Positions 1-6,737 of a stretch of DNA of 17,644 nucleotides are shown piece after piece. Location of the stretch: positions 1 through 17,644 of the IMG/VR virus record IMGVR_UViG_2737471835_000010; one strand, written 5' to 3'. The notes below the pieces were generated by a model, which saw nothing but the letters and a program-made list of their open reading frames with translations, had not been told where the DNA came from and made no database searches. This DNA comes from a virus (taxonomy: Duplodnaviria; Heunggongvirae; Uroviricota; Caudoviricetes). The stretch's first letter is position 1. Every line of letters begins with the position of its first letter. A program made the translations under genes and the position numbers.

Positions 1-1053
1 ATGAATTCATCTAGCGCATTTGCTACGCCTGTTGTTGCCAACAATAGTCAACAAGTATTATCTGATTTGATTACTGCGCTTGAGCAGACCAATCTATATT
101 CATTTATTTCTCAGATAGCAACTGTGTATGGATTTCCACCTGTTAAAGGTGGAATGGATGCGGTTTTGAAGGCAATCGAGGCATCTATACAGAATCCAAC
201 AACTGCATTTCCTAATGCTACATTAAATTCACTTGAGAAAATGATCGATAGAATAATAATTTCTGGTAGTAACTATTATTCTATTGACGAAACACAAGAC
301 CCAAATTTCCAAAGTGTGATCCAACATGTTTTTAGTACAAGTGTAACTGATTCAAGGTATGAAAATTCTTATCCAAGAAAGTTATATGATGGGAATTCAC
401 TTGGGAACAATGTCAAAGGTCTTTATCTGACTAAATTAATTGATACTGGCGATGGCTTTGCTTTTATTTTCTCATATGTTTATAGTGTTAAGATTAAGGG
501 AAGTCGCGGTTTAGGACTATCGTATACCCCACAGCAACAATTTATAACAGTATTTGTTCCCCATAATAAAAATAGGATCGAGTATCGTCTTCCAAAAAAT
601 TTAGGGAAACGGGAGACAGCAAAAGCGCTTGCATCGGTGCGTAATAAATTTTTTGATATGCTCATCAGTACTAATAATACTATTCATTTCAAACAATTGA
701 ATTTTTATAATGTGATCAATAGCATTATTACTGATAGATCGTTCGGGAAAGCAGTTCAGATAATTTATGTTGGTTCTAATACAGGTTGTGATGCTAATGT
801 CATTGGCCGCAAAGATCCGACATATGAAGCTCGAGATGTCGAGATTACTAATAAGAAAAGAAATGATATTTATACACCACGTGCTGTAGCCGTAAGATTT
901 TACAGAAATAATGGTGACTTTACAGAATTGGGTCTAGATCCAAATAAGAAATCTTGGTTGGATGATAATTTTTGTGGCGAATTTTATGTTGATTTTCCTG
1001 AAGATACAATCTCATTAAATGGTTTAATTGAAAATGTCATCTCACGAAAATGA
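1..1053 (+). CDS. Hypothetical protein (350 aa), first gene of AT-rich three-gene cassette; no recognisable domain
   Basis: Long uninterrupted ORF starting with ATG at window position 1. Composition is markedly AT-rich and rich in Asn/Ile/Tyr/Phe codons compared with the prophage to its right. Its stop lies just upstream of, or overlapping, the next ORF, consistent with an operon. No Walker A, HTH or catalytic motif recognised by eye. Confidence 0.6.
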   Translation: MNSSSAFATPVVANNSQQVLSDLITALEQTNLYSFISQIATVYGFPPVKGGMDAVLKAIEASIQNPTTAFPNATLNSLEKMIDRIIISGSNYYSIDETQDPNFQSVIQHVFSTSVTDSRYENSYPRKLYDGNSLGNNVKGLYLTKLIDTGDGFAFIFSYVYSVKIKGSRGLGLSYTPQQQFITVFVPHNKNRIEYRLPKNLGKRETAKALASVRNKFFDMLISTNNTIHFKQLNFYNVINSIITDRSFGKAVQIIYVGSNTGCDANVIGRKDPTYEARDVEITNKKRNDIYTPRAVAVRFYRNNGDFTELGLDPNKKSWLDDNFCGEFYVDFPEDTISLNGLIENVISRK

Positions 1054-1069
1054 TAGAATCAAGGTCATA

Positions 1070-1465
1070 ATGATGCTTTTGTCTGAACAAAGGATATTAT
1101 TGGATGAAATGAAAGATATCTTTCCTGAAGAAGATATCTTTCTATTCAATAATGTTTTGGATTTCATTCAAAATAATTATGATAAAAATTATTACCCGAT
1201 TAATGTATTAAGGCAAGCGGCAGGCTGTGAATCGGACTCGGATTTGCTAAAGTTAGTCCGTTATTTTTGTGGTGCACATTCTAAATTATTTAATATAACT
1301 TATTGCTATTATGATTTTGATGGTGAAGAAATCCCTATTTCAGCAGAATGCTACTATAATGCTCTGATTAGTGATATTTCTCCGATCAGTTTATTGTCTG
1401 GGCGCGAAATAGATGATTTCGATGTTAATAACATTTCTTTTTACTGTATATTAAATGTCAAATAA
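1070..1465 (+). CDS. Hypothetical small acidic protein, second gene of AT-rich cassette
   Basis: The ORF track opens at 1028 with a TTG codon. I prefer ATG at 1070, which follows an AAGG Shine-Dalgarno-like motif (1061-1064) and lies after the upstream stop at 1051-1053. The 3' end overlaps the next ORF by 11 nt. No recognisable domain. Confidence 0.5.
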   Translation: MMLLSEQRILLDEMKDIFPEEDIFLFNNVLDFIQNNYDKNYYPINVLRQAAGCESDSDLLKLVRYFCGAHSKLFNITYCYYDFDGEEIPISAECYYNALISDISPISLLSGREIDDFDVNNISFYCILNVK

Positions 1466-2252
1466 TTTTCTTCAAAATATAACACCTGCCGAATTAGCCG
1501 CGCTGGTAAACTTGAAGCCATTCGATGAGGATGTGTTTGTACAAAGTCTATATGCCGATATAAATAATGCAATTAAGCATATTGAGAAGACTGCGGATAA
1601 ATATTATTCAGATGATGAAGATAAGATCACTAATTTACTGGTTTTATTTCTCAAAGGTGTTGGGTACAACGCATCTGAACAAACAAAATCTAATGGTTCC
1701 GTCGATATTACAGTTCAGGATCGTGATCAGAGCTTTACTTGGCTCGCTGAAGCAAAAAGAGGGAATTCGTATAATGGTGTCTTTGAAGGCATGTTACAGT
1801 TAGTAACAAGATATATTTCTGATGAGAAACATGCAGGTTTCTTTATTTACCATCAGAAACTTGATTCATTAAGTTACTTTAAAAATTGGTTCAGCTACCT
1901 TAGCTCTGGTGATTTTGAAAAATATAAGGCTATTTCTGATAGGCTTGATGAGTGCCGATATCATTTTAAAAAGAGCCCCATAGCAAATGCGTTTACCGGT
2001 GATGAATGTTATTTTGACTACAATATAGTTTCAAAAAAGGGAAAAGAAGTAAAGGTTAGAAATTTTATTTTAAGTTTGCACTATAACCCTGCTGATAAAA
2101 GTGGACGAGAGAATAAATCCTTGAAGGTCGGACAAGCGAAAATTTATGTCAATGAAGTGTGTGACAAGTGGTTTCGTGAGCAAGAACCTCCTGAAGATAT
2201 TGATAAATTCATGAATTCACTACAATTAGTATTCCCTGAACTATTTGAATAA
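1455..2252 (+). CDS. Hypothetical protein with PD-(D/E)xK-like nuclease motif (putative effector), third gene of AT-rich cassette
   Basis: 265 aa ORF with ATG at 1455 overlapping the upstream stop. The translation contains GSVDITVQDRDQSFTWLAEAKRG, i.e. an Asp on a hydrophobic strand followed about 15 residues later by E-A-K, the spacing typical of the restriction-endonuclease-like PD-(D/E)xK fold. This is motif-level inference only. Confidence 0.6.
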   Translation: MSNNFLQNITPAELAALVNLKPFDEDVFVQSLYADINNAIKHIEKTADKYYSDDEDKITNLLVLFLKGVGYNASEQTKSNGSVDITVQDRDQSFTWLAEAKRGNSYNGVFEGMLQLVTRYISDEKHAGFFIYHQKLDSLSYFKNWFSYLSSGDFEKYKAISDRLDECRYHFKKSPIANAFTGDECYFDYNIVSKKGKEVKVRNFILSLHYNPADKSGRENKSLKVGQAKIYVNEVCDKWFREQEPPEDIDKFMNSLQLVFPELFE

Positions 2253-2270
2253 GTGCGCTAACGCGCACTT
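2251..2270. terminator. Perfect 8-bp-stem hairpin (AAGTGCGC-TAAC-GCGCACTT) between convergent cassette and int
   Basis: Inverted repeat read directly from the sequence; followed on the plus strand by a T-rich run (TCTAATTTTTATTT). It sits in the 23-bp gap between the cassette stop (2252) and the int stop (2276). Confidence 0.5.
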
Positions 2271-2275
2271 AGAGT

Positions 2276-3262
2276 CTAATTTTTATTTAATGTTGGTGTG
2301 ATGCGTATTTTTCTATCATAAACCATGACTTGTGATTCAGTTTTGTGCCCACTAAATAGCTGCTTTTCTTTTGATGATCCTTCATAGTCAGAAATTCCTT
2401 TAGCTTTCAGATCATGAAATGTACAATCCAGAGGTCTTCCAAGATAGTTGGCTGCCGCTGTTCTTGCTTTTCGCCATGCCTCATTAAACCCCTTGTAAGA
2501 GTAACGCTCTCCATACATGGTTTTAATTACTGACCCTGTTTCCCCCCACGATCTGCAAATATCAACTGCCGCGCGCAGGCGATCAGTCCACGCCTTGATC
2601 TGCTTAACTCCCGTCTTGCCCTGCTGAATAAAAATTCCTTTATCCATTATCTGCGGCCAGTCCATTTTCAAGACATCGGATACCCTCGCTGCACATAAAT
2701 AAGCTATTTCCATTGCGGCTTTAACTGGCTCACTGGCGTGTTCATAAATCGCCATGTATTCCTCATCTGTGATGTAGCGATCACGCTTTGGTTTAGGGAA
2801 TTTATCTACTCCAACGCAAGGATTTCCAGGAACATATCCTCGTTGGTATCCCCAACGAAATACCCGAGACATTGAACTGTGCTCATGGTTAGCTTGGACA
2901 CGACTTTTCTTTCCTCTGGCATCCATATACCGCCTTACATGTTCTGGTCTAATAGTCTTTGCTTCCGCTTCGCCAAAAACAGCAAGGAGATATTTTTCGT
3001 GGGCTAGATAATCCTTTTGAGTTCGTGGTGCCAAATCTGCATAATCGGCACTATTGAGAAATTTCTTCCAAAGCTGGGCAAAAGTTATTCGTCTTTTTCT
3101 CCCCTCTACAATTTTTTCAAAAGCAACCCAGACATCTGCTTTTGTTGCATTGGCTGATGCAATTTTTTCTGTTGTTCCCCCTGGTTTCCAGTAGTAGCCA
3201 GAAGGGCGGAAATATACCCCCTTCGGCATCCATTCATTACCAGGTGCTCGTTTTCGACCCAT
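2276..3262 (-). CDS. int: Tyrosine site-specific integrase (lambda Int family)
   Basis: 328 aa. The N-terminus MGRKRAPGNEWMPKGVYFRPSGYYWKPGG resembles the arm-binding region of lambdoid integrases. The catalytic domain has the typical R...H..R...Y layout (e.g. HDLKAKGIS ... SGHKTESQVMVYDRK). It lies directly next to an xis-like gene. Confidence 0.9.
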   Translation of the reverse strand: MGRKRAPGNEWMPKGVYFRPSGYYWKPGGTTEKIASANATKADVWVAFEKIVEGRKRRITFAQLWKKFLNSADYADLAPRTQKDYLAHEKYLLAVFGEAEAKTIRPEHVRRYMDARGKKSRVQANHEHSSMSRVFRWGYQRGYVPGNPCVGVDKFPKPKRDRYITDEEYMAIYEHASEPVKAAMEIAYLCAARVSDVLKMDWPQIMDKGIFIQQGKTGVKQIKAWTDRLRAAVDICRSWGETGSVIKTMYGERYSYKGFNEAWRKARTAAANYLGRPLDCTFHDLKAKGISDYEGSSKEKQLFSGHKTESQVMVYDRKIRITPTLNKN

Positions 3263-3266
3263 AATT

Positions 3267-3491
3267 TCACTCTATAGCATCAAAGTTCATACCCGGAGTG
3301 GGCGAGAAACCTGCTGGTGGAGCCAAACGATGAATGGGATGATTTATATGAAACCAGGTCGTTTTTACAGAACCGTCCCTGCGTTCAATAAAAAAAATGC
3401 CATTCTGCGTTAAGACTTCTTTCTGTAGTGACTTTTGGGAAGACCCTGTCGCCTCTATCAGTTCTTCATCAGTCAGGAAGCGGTTGCTCAT
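3267..3491 (-). CDS. xis: Putative excisionase / small DNA-binding protein
   Basis: Small ORF ending 4 nt upstream of the int start. The ORF track starts at a GTG (3506); I prefer the ATG at 3491, which has GGAG 9 nt upstream. The call rests on position and size, not recognised homology. Confidence 0.45.
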   Translation of the reverse strand: MSNRFLTDEELIEATGSSQKSLQKEVLTQNGIFFIERRDGSVKTTWFHINHPIHRLAPPAGFSPTPGMNFDAIE

Positions 3492-3553
3492 GAGTCTTTT
3501 CTCCACTTAGCCCGCTGCACACGGGCAGTAATATCAAATTTCAGTCCTGATAA

Positions 3554-3769
3554 TTAATTTTGTTCTCTGGTTGCTACCTGTTTAATTGGCCTGATGCTGT
3601 CCAGGAGCAGTCGGCGGCGCGTATTTTCTGCAAAGTGGCGGCGTCCGGTTTCTTTGTGGTAAAACTCGTTTTTTCCGACGACCCACATCCGCTTTGTCAG
3701 GTGCAGTTTTTTTACCTGCGGACCGTTTCGGGTAATAACAATTCCTGTATGAGTTTTTATCACGCTCAT
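3554..3769 (-). CDS. Hypothetical small basic protein (71 aa)
   Basis: ATG at 3769 overlaps the upstream gene's stop (ATGA) and has GGAGA 8 nt upstream. It is co-oriented with the early-left operon. The plus-strand ORF 3560-3808 over the same DNA was rejected. Confidence 0.45.
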   Translation of the reverse strand: MSVIKTHTGIVITRNGPQVKKLHLTKRMWVVGKNEFYHKETGRRHFAENTRRRLLLDSIRPIKQVATREQN

Positions 3770-4128
3770 TTCTTAGTCTCCGGTGCTTTCGGCATTACTG
3801 CCCAGTGAGTGATATTGACGTTTTCAAGATCCCCGACCTGAAATGTCCACTGCCATTCTCCAGTTTCTTTTTGCCCCCATGTGTACCAGAGAGAACGCCA
3901 GCCAATCAGCCAGCCTTCTCCATTAGCATCAAATAACAGAACACTTTCATTTGCTGGCGGTAGTTCAGCTGACACTGGTATTACTTTGTTTTCCAGTGCT
4001 GCACATTTAGCTTCAAGCGTATCGAATTTACGTACCAGGTATTCAGCATCCGTTTCATTCACTTTCAGATCTCGCGGTACACATTTCCCGCGAAGAAACC
4101 CTTCCATTTCGAAAAGATTCATGCGCAT
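3766..4128 (-). CDS. DUF551-like phage protein (YfdS-like, 120 aa)
   Basis: C-terminal pattern WLIGW...ITHWAVMPKAPE matches, from memory, the conserved end of DUF551 proteins. GGAG lies 8 nt upstream of the ATG. Same length as E. coli KplE1 YfdS. Confidence 0.65.
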   Translation of the reverse strand: MRMNLFEMEGFLRGKCVPRDLKVNETDAEYLVRKFDTLEAKCAALENKVIPVSAELPPANESVLLFDANGEGWLIGWRSLWYTWGQKETGEWQWTFQVGDLENVNITHWAVMPKAPETKK

Positions 4129-4655
4129 TTGCGTAACTCCGATAACTCGTTGAAGCGTTCTATAAACATCCCATAGGCATGGCCTGGCGACAGTGGAATA
4201 ACTTTGAACATCTCTGTTGCCGGGATACCTTCCAGTACAGGCCAGAAAGAGCCATCATCAAGCCCGAGATCGCGGCGTTCGGTTGCCAGCATGATGAGAT
4301 CGGCATATTTCACAGGCGTGCTCATAACCGTGGGTAACCCGTATTTCTCACGGATTACGGCGTCTATTTTTTCTTCCATCCGTTTATAGTCAGGAAGAAG
4401 GCGTTTCAGCGGCGCGGGGATGTCCTGGCAATACGCTTCTGTTGCATCATGCATTAACGCTTCAAAAGCAAATTCCTGCGGCACCAGCTGGCTGCAAAGC
4501 ACCGCATGTTGGGCGACACTGTAGAAGTGTGAAAGATGACCGGCAAAGCGACAGATATTTGAAAGGGAAACCGCGATATCGTTAATCACGATGTCGTCTT
4601 TATTTATCCTGTCATAATAAAAATGCTTCCCGGAAAAAGTTTTAATAAATGACAT
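4119..4655 (-). CDS. HD-domain phosphohydrolase (YfdR-like)
   Basis: His...His-Asp signature (SVAQHAV ... LMHDATEAY) typical of the HD metal-dependent phosphohydrolase superfamily. The ORF track start at 4685 is a GTG; I prefer ATG at 4655 with GGAG 6 nt upstream, giving 178 aa, the length of KplE1 YfdR. Confidence 0.8.
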   Translation of the reverse strand: MSFIKTFSGKHFYYDRINKDDIVINDIAVSLSNICRFAGHLSHFYSVAQHAVLCSQLVPQEFAFEALMHDATEAYCQDIPAPLKRLLPDYKRMEEKIDAVIREKYGLPTVMSTPVKYADLIMLATERRDLGLDDGSFWPVLEGIPATEMFKVIPLSPGHAYGMFIERFNELSELRKCA

Positions 4656-4782
4656 TTTGTTCTCCGCGTATATGTGCTGCACCACGCTGAATTCTGGTAA
4701 AAGGAAGCCCTCACCATCCGGCGATTATTGAGTCAATTACGTTTCCATAAATGCCCCCGCAGGGGCATTTGCAGTAATGAAA

Positions 4783-5607
4783 TCAGGCGGTGAAAGTACC
4801 AATAAAGGTTTCTACTTTGCTGTCTTTGAATTTCTCAACAAGCAGATCACGAAATTCGTTAGCCATTTCTTCCTGCACCGCCTCCAGCTGAATAATGCGC
4901 AGAACCAGTACAGGACGATCGCCAGTGATAATGCTGAGGCGTAATTTAAATGGACGTTCTTTCAGACCTTCAAACGGAACGCATTTAAATTCAAATGCCA
5001 CTGGCATAATATCTTTGGTTTTCGCTTCGACAGACTCCATCAGGGAGCGTTTGCCGCTGAAGTCATTATCTTCAAAATCAGCGGTCTGGTTTGCTTCAAT
5101 CGTGATTTTACGGACAGCCGCAGCCGCTTTTGTTGCCTGAATAGCGTCACCATTAGCATCAAAGCCCACAAGGTAGTCGGCCCAGTCTTCAATCCATTCT
5201 GCCAGTGACTTCTGGGAATGACGCTCGCCATTAACAGACAACAGAGCAGAGAACGGTGCTGTCTTTTTCAGTTTGAGAGTGGCGGTGTTATCTGCGTGAC
5301 CTGGTTCATCAATAGTACCCAGGTTAAGCACACTGACGGCTCGCATATTATCGGCATCGATAAAGCAGCGGGTGCCTTCATCTGCAAGATCTTTAGAATA
5401 ACGGGTAAAGTCATCGATGCTGGCAGTGGAAAGCGCACCACGGAAACGGAAGCGATTTAAATTAAATTTTTCCAGATCATGAATGCGGAAATTCTCAGGC
5501 AATGCCACAGCATCGGCACCAATCTTACTGATAATTTCATTAACACCCTGAGCAGAAATAAGAGCATGGATTTGATTAATTGCGGTTGCGTCTAAGTTCT
5601 GAGACAT
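4783..5607 (-). CDS. YfdQ-like protein (DUF2303 family), function unknown
   Basis: 274 aa, the same length as E. coli KplE1 YfdQ and in the same gene order as yfdP-yfdQ-yfdR-yfdS. GAGGA lies 7 nt upstream of the ATG. Family assignment is from memory. Confidence 0.7.
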   Translation of the reverse strand: MSQNLDATAINQIHALISAQGVNEIISKIGADAVALPENFRIHDLEKFNLNRFRFRGALSTASIDDFTRYSKDLADEGTRCFIDADNMRAVSVLNLGTIDEPGHADNTATLKLKKTAPFSALLSVNGERHSQKSLAEWIEDWADYLVGFDANGDAIQATKAAAAVRKITIEANQTADFEDNDFSGKRSLMESVEAKTKDIMPVAFEFKCVPFEGLKERPFKLRLSIITGDRPVLVLRIIQLEAVQEEMANEFRDLLVEKFKDSKVETFIGTFTA

Positions 5608-5672
5608 AATAAGTCCTCACTATATAAAGATATTCAGTGATGAGATAAATAATCAGTTAATTAAGAACGATA

Positions 5673-6045
5673 TTAATGACCTGCTGCGCGAAGTTTTCCG
5701 TCAGGTTCACCGGCAAGAGTCAGTAATTGTCCCTGGTCTTCCTGCAGAATAGTCAGGCGACCACCGCGATTGACATACATCGGCGTTTCGGTGGTGTCTT
5801 CTTCAGAAATTTTCCCGCGGTTAGTCGGGCGAACATATGAGAGTTTGTGTTTGATTTTCACACGGTTCTCATCAAACGGTTCGATTTCCAGGTTGAGCGA
5901 GACCTTACCTTTGGTTTTCGTGTTCATCACACCGGAAGCGACTTCACTGAGAACAGCGCCGATTTTGGTTTCAAATACGCCGCCGTCCAGCTCCCCGATA
6001 AATGCCTGCACATCAGTACTGCGTTCGCTAGCCATTTTGCTGCTC
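5673..6045 (-). CDS. Hypothetical early-left protein (YfdP-like)
   Basis: The ORF track extends to 6266, but the only start with a ribosome-binding site is ATG at 6045 (GAGGAG 7 nt upstream), giving MASERSTDVQAF... (124 aa). The upstream extension overlaps a highly structured non-coding region. Confidence 0.6.
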
Positions 6046-6083
6046 CTCATCATATCGACCCTGCAAGGTCGGTTGGTTTCTCC

Positions 6084-6172
6084 ACAAAACAGAGAAGAAC
6101 ACCTGCGGTGACTGCCGCCCGGATGGATTGGGTTATGAGCCCGTCGTCCGGTGATGCTCTTCTCTGTTTTGT
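6084..6172. repeat. 15-bp perfect inverted repeat (ACAAAACAGAGAAGA ... TCTTCTCTGTTTTGT) flanking a 59-bp GC-rich spacer
   Basis: Read directly from the sequence: arms at 6084-6098 and 6158-6172. It would form a long hairpin in the 5' leader of the YfdP-like gene, immediately downstream (minus strand) of the terminator at 6173-6218. Confidence 0.6.
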
Positions 6173-6235
6173 AAAAAGAGCGGTACCAGCCGGAAGCAAG
6201 GGTACAAACTGGTACCGCCAAAGCAGTGGCTGTTG
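6173..6235 (-). ncRNA. Candidate small RNA 3' end / intrinsic terminator in the early-left leader (possibly DicF-like)
   Basis: On the minus strand a 10-bp perfect stem (GCGGTACCAG / CTGGTACCGC, 6180-6218) is followed by UCUUUUU. The segment UUUGGCGGUACCAGUUUGUACCC resembles my recollection of the E. coli DicF sRNA. This is unverified memory; extent and identity are uncertain. Confidence 0.3.
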
Positions 6236-6643
6236 TGGTGGGGTTGTCACTCAGGCGTATGGTCAACCTGACAATCCGGTGTCCTCAACGGGGAAAGAGT
6301 AACCCCGCCATACTTACCGCCGCGCCATTTCGCGGATTACCACAACGCTGAGAGCACTTAGCCAGTTACGGCACCACACTTTGTCGCGGCTCCATAAATG
6401 CCCTCATCGTTGCACCCTGGTCTCTTCCCAGGCGTCAAACCGAATCGCCACGCTGGTTAGGCGTCTTATCAGCATCATCATTGACTTGCACATTCCGGCT
6501 ACCTGGTTTGTTTGCCCGAGCAAGGAGTGGATTGTCCCCTTTAACGTCCCCAGACCGCTAACGACGCATGTGCCATACGCCGTGTTACAACCAAATTTTG
6601 TTAGTACCTTGTTTGTTTGTCTGGAAAGAAAGATAAAATGAAG

Positions 6644-6682
6644 TTGCGCATTATGCAAGTGTTTTTGTTGCGAGATATGCAA
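6644..6682. promoter_or_regulatory. Putative OL operators: two 15-bp sites TTGCGCATTATGCAA and TTGCGAGATATGCAA
   Basis: Two copies of a TTGCG-N5-ATGCAA dyad-symmetric motif lie 9 bp apart just downstream of the cI terminator. A third copy (TTGCGCGTTAAGCAA) lies in the cI-cro intergenic region. Confidence 0.45.
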
Positions 6683-6692
6683 TTTAAAGGGT

Positions 6693-6717
6693 AATGAAAA
6701 GCCACCTTTGGGTGGCT
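6693..6717 (-). terminator. Rho-independent terminator downstream of the cI-like repressor
   Basis: Minus-strand hairpin AGCCACC-CAAA-GGTGGCT followed by TTTTCATT, 20 nt after the cI stop. Confidence 0.65.
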
Positions 6718-6737
6718 AATTGATGAGGAGGTAAGGG

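Noticed and set aside
480-665. Minus-strand 61-aa ORF inside the first cassette gene
   Set aside because: Fully embedded antisense to a much longer ORF, with no start context and a low-complexity translation. The same reasoning applies to the other short antisense or embedded ORFs in the track (for example 1567-1803, 3881-4153, 4204-4389, 4895-5140, 5040-5231, 5218-5460, 6875-7238, 7102-7461, 7540-7740, 8223-8441, 8418-8690, 8924-9106, 9072-9414, 9655-10071, 10124-10667, 10790-11117, 11390-11602, 11746-12003, 12134-12757, 12931-13203, 13121-13485, 14237-14747, 15706-16083, 16058-16243, 16406-16717, 17129-17497).
1-2252. O-antigen conversion gtrABC operon, the usual cargo next to int in P22-like and Shigella phages
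   Set aside because: The three proteins are not hydrophobic or membrane-like and lack a glycosyltransferase DxD context. Sizes and order do not fit GtrA, GtrB and Gtr(type).
3560-3808. Plus-strand 82-aa ORF in the early-left region
   Set aside because: It overlaps two co-oriented minus-strand genes that have good ribosome-binding sites and stop/start coupling, and it is antisense to the operon direction.
5673-6266. Long (197-aa) version of the YfdP-like ORF
   Set aside because: The N-terminal extension lacks a ribosome-binding site and runs through the long inverted repeat and terminator. The internal ATG at 6045 has a strong GAGGAG site.
5770-6302. Plus-strand ORFs 5770-6111 and 5847-6302
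   Set aside because: They are antisense to the YfdP-like gene and to the structured leader, have no start context, and their translations are Ser/Pro/Arg-rich, typical of antisense GC-rich DNA.
6381-6682. ORFs 6381-6641 (+) and 6404-6682 (-) in the OL leader, considered as a possible N-like antiterminator
   Set aside because: Neither has an arginine-rich N-terminal motif or a ribosome-binding site. The minus-strand one would start inside the operator repeats. The region is more consistent with structured non-coding RNA.
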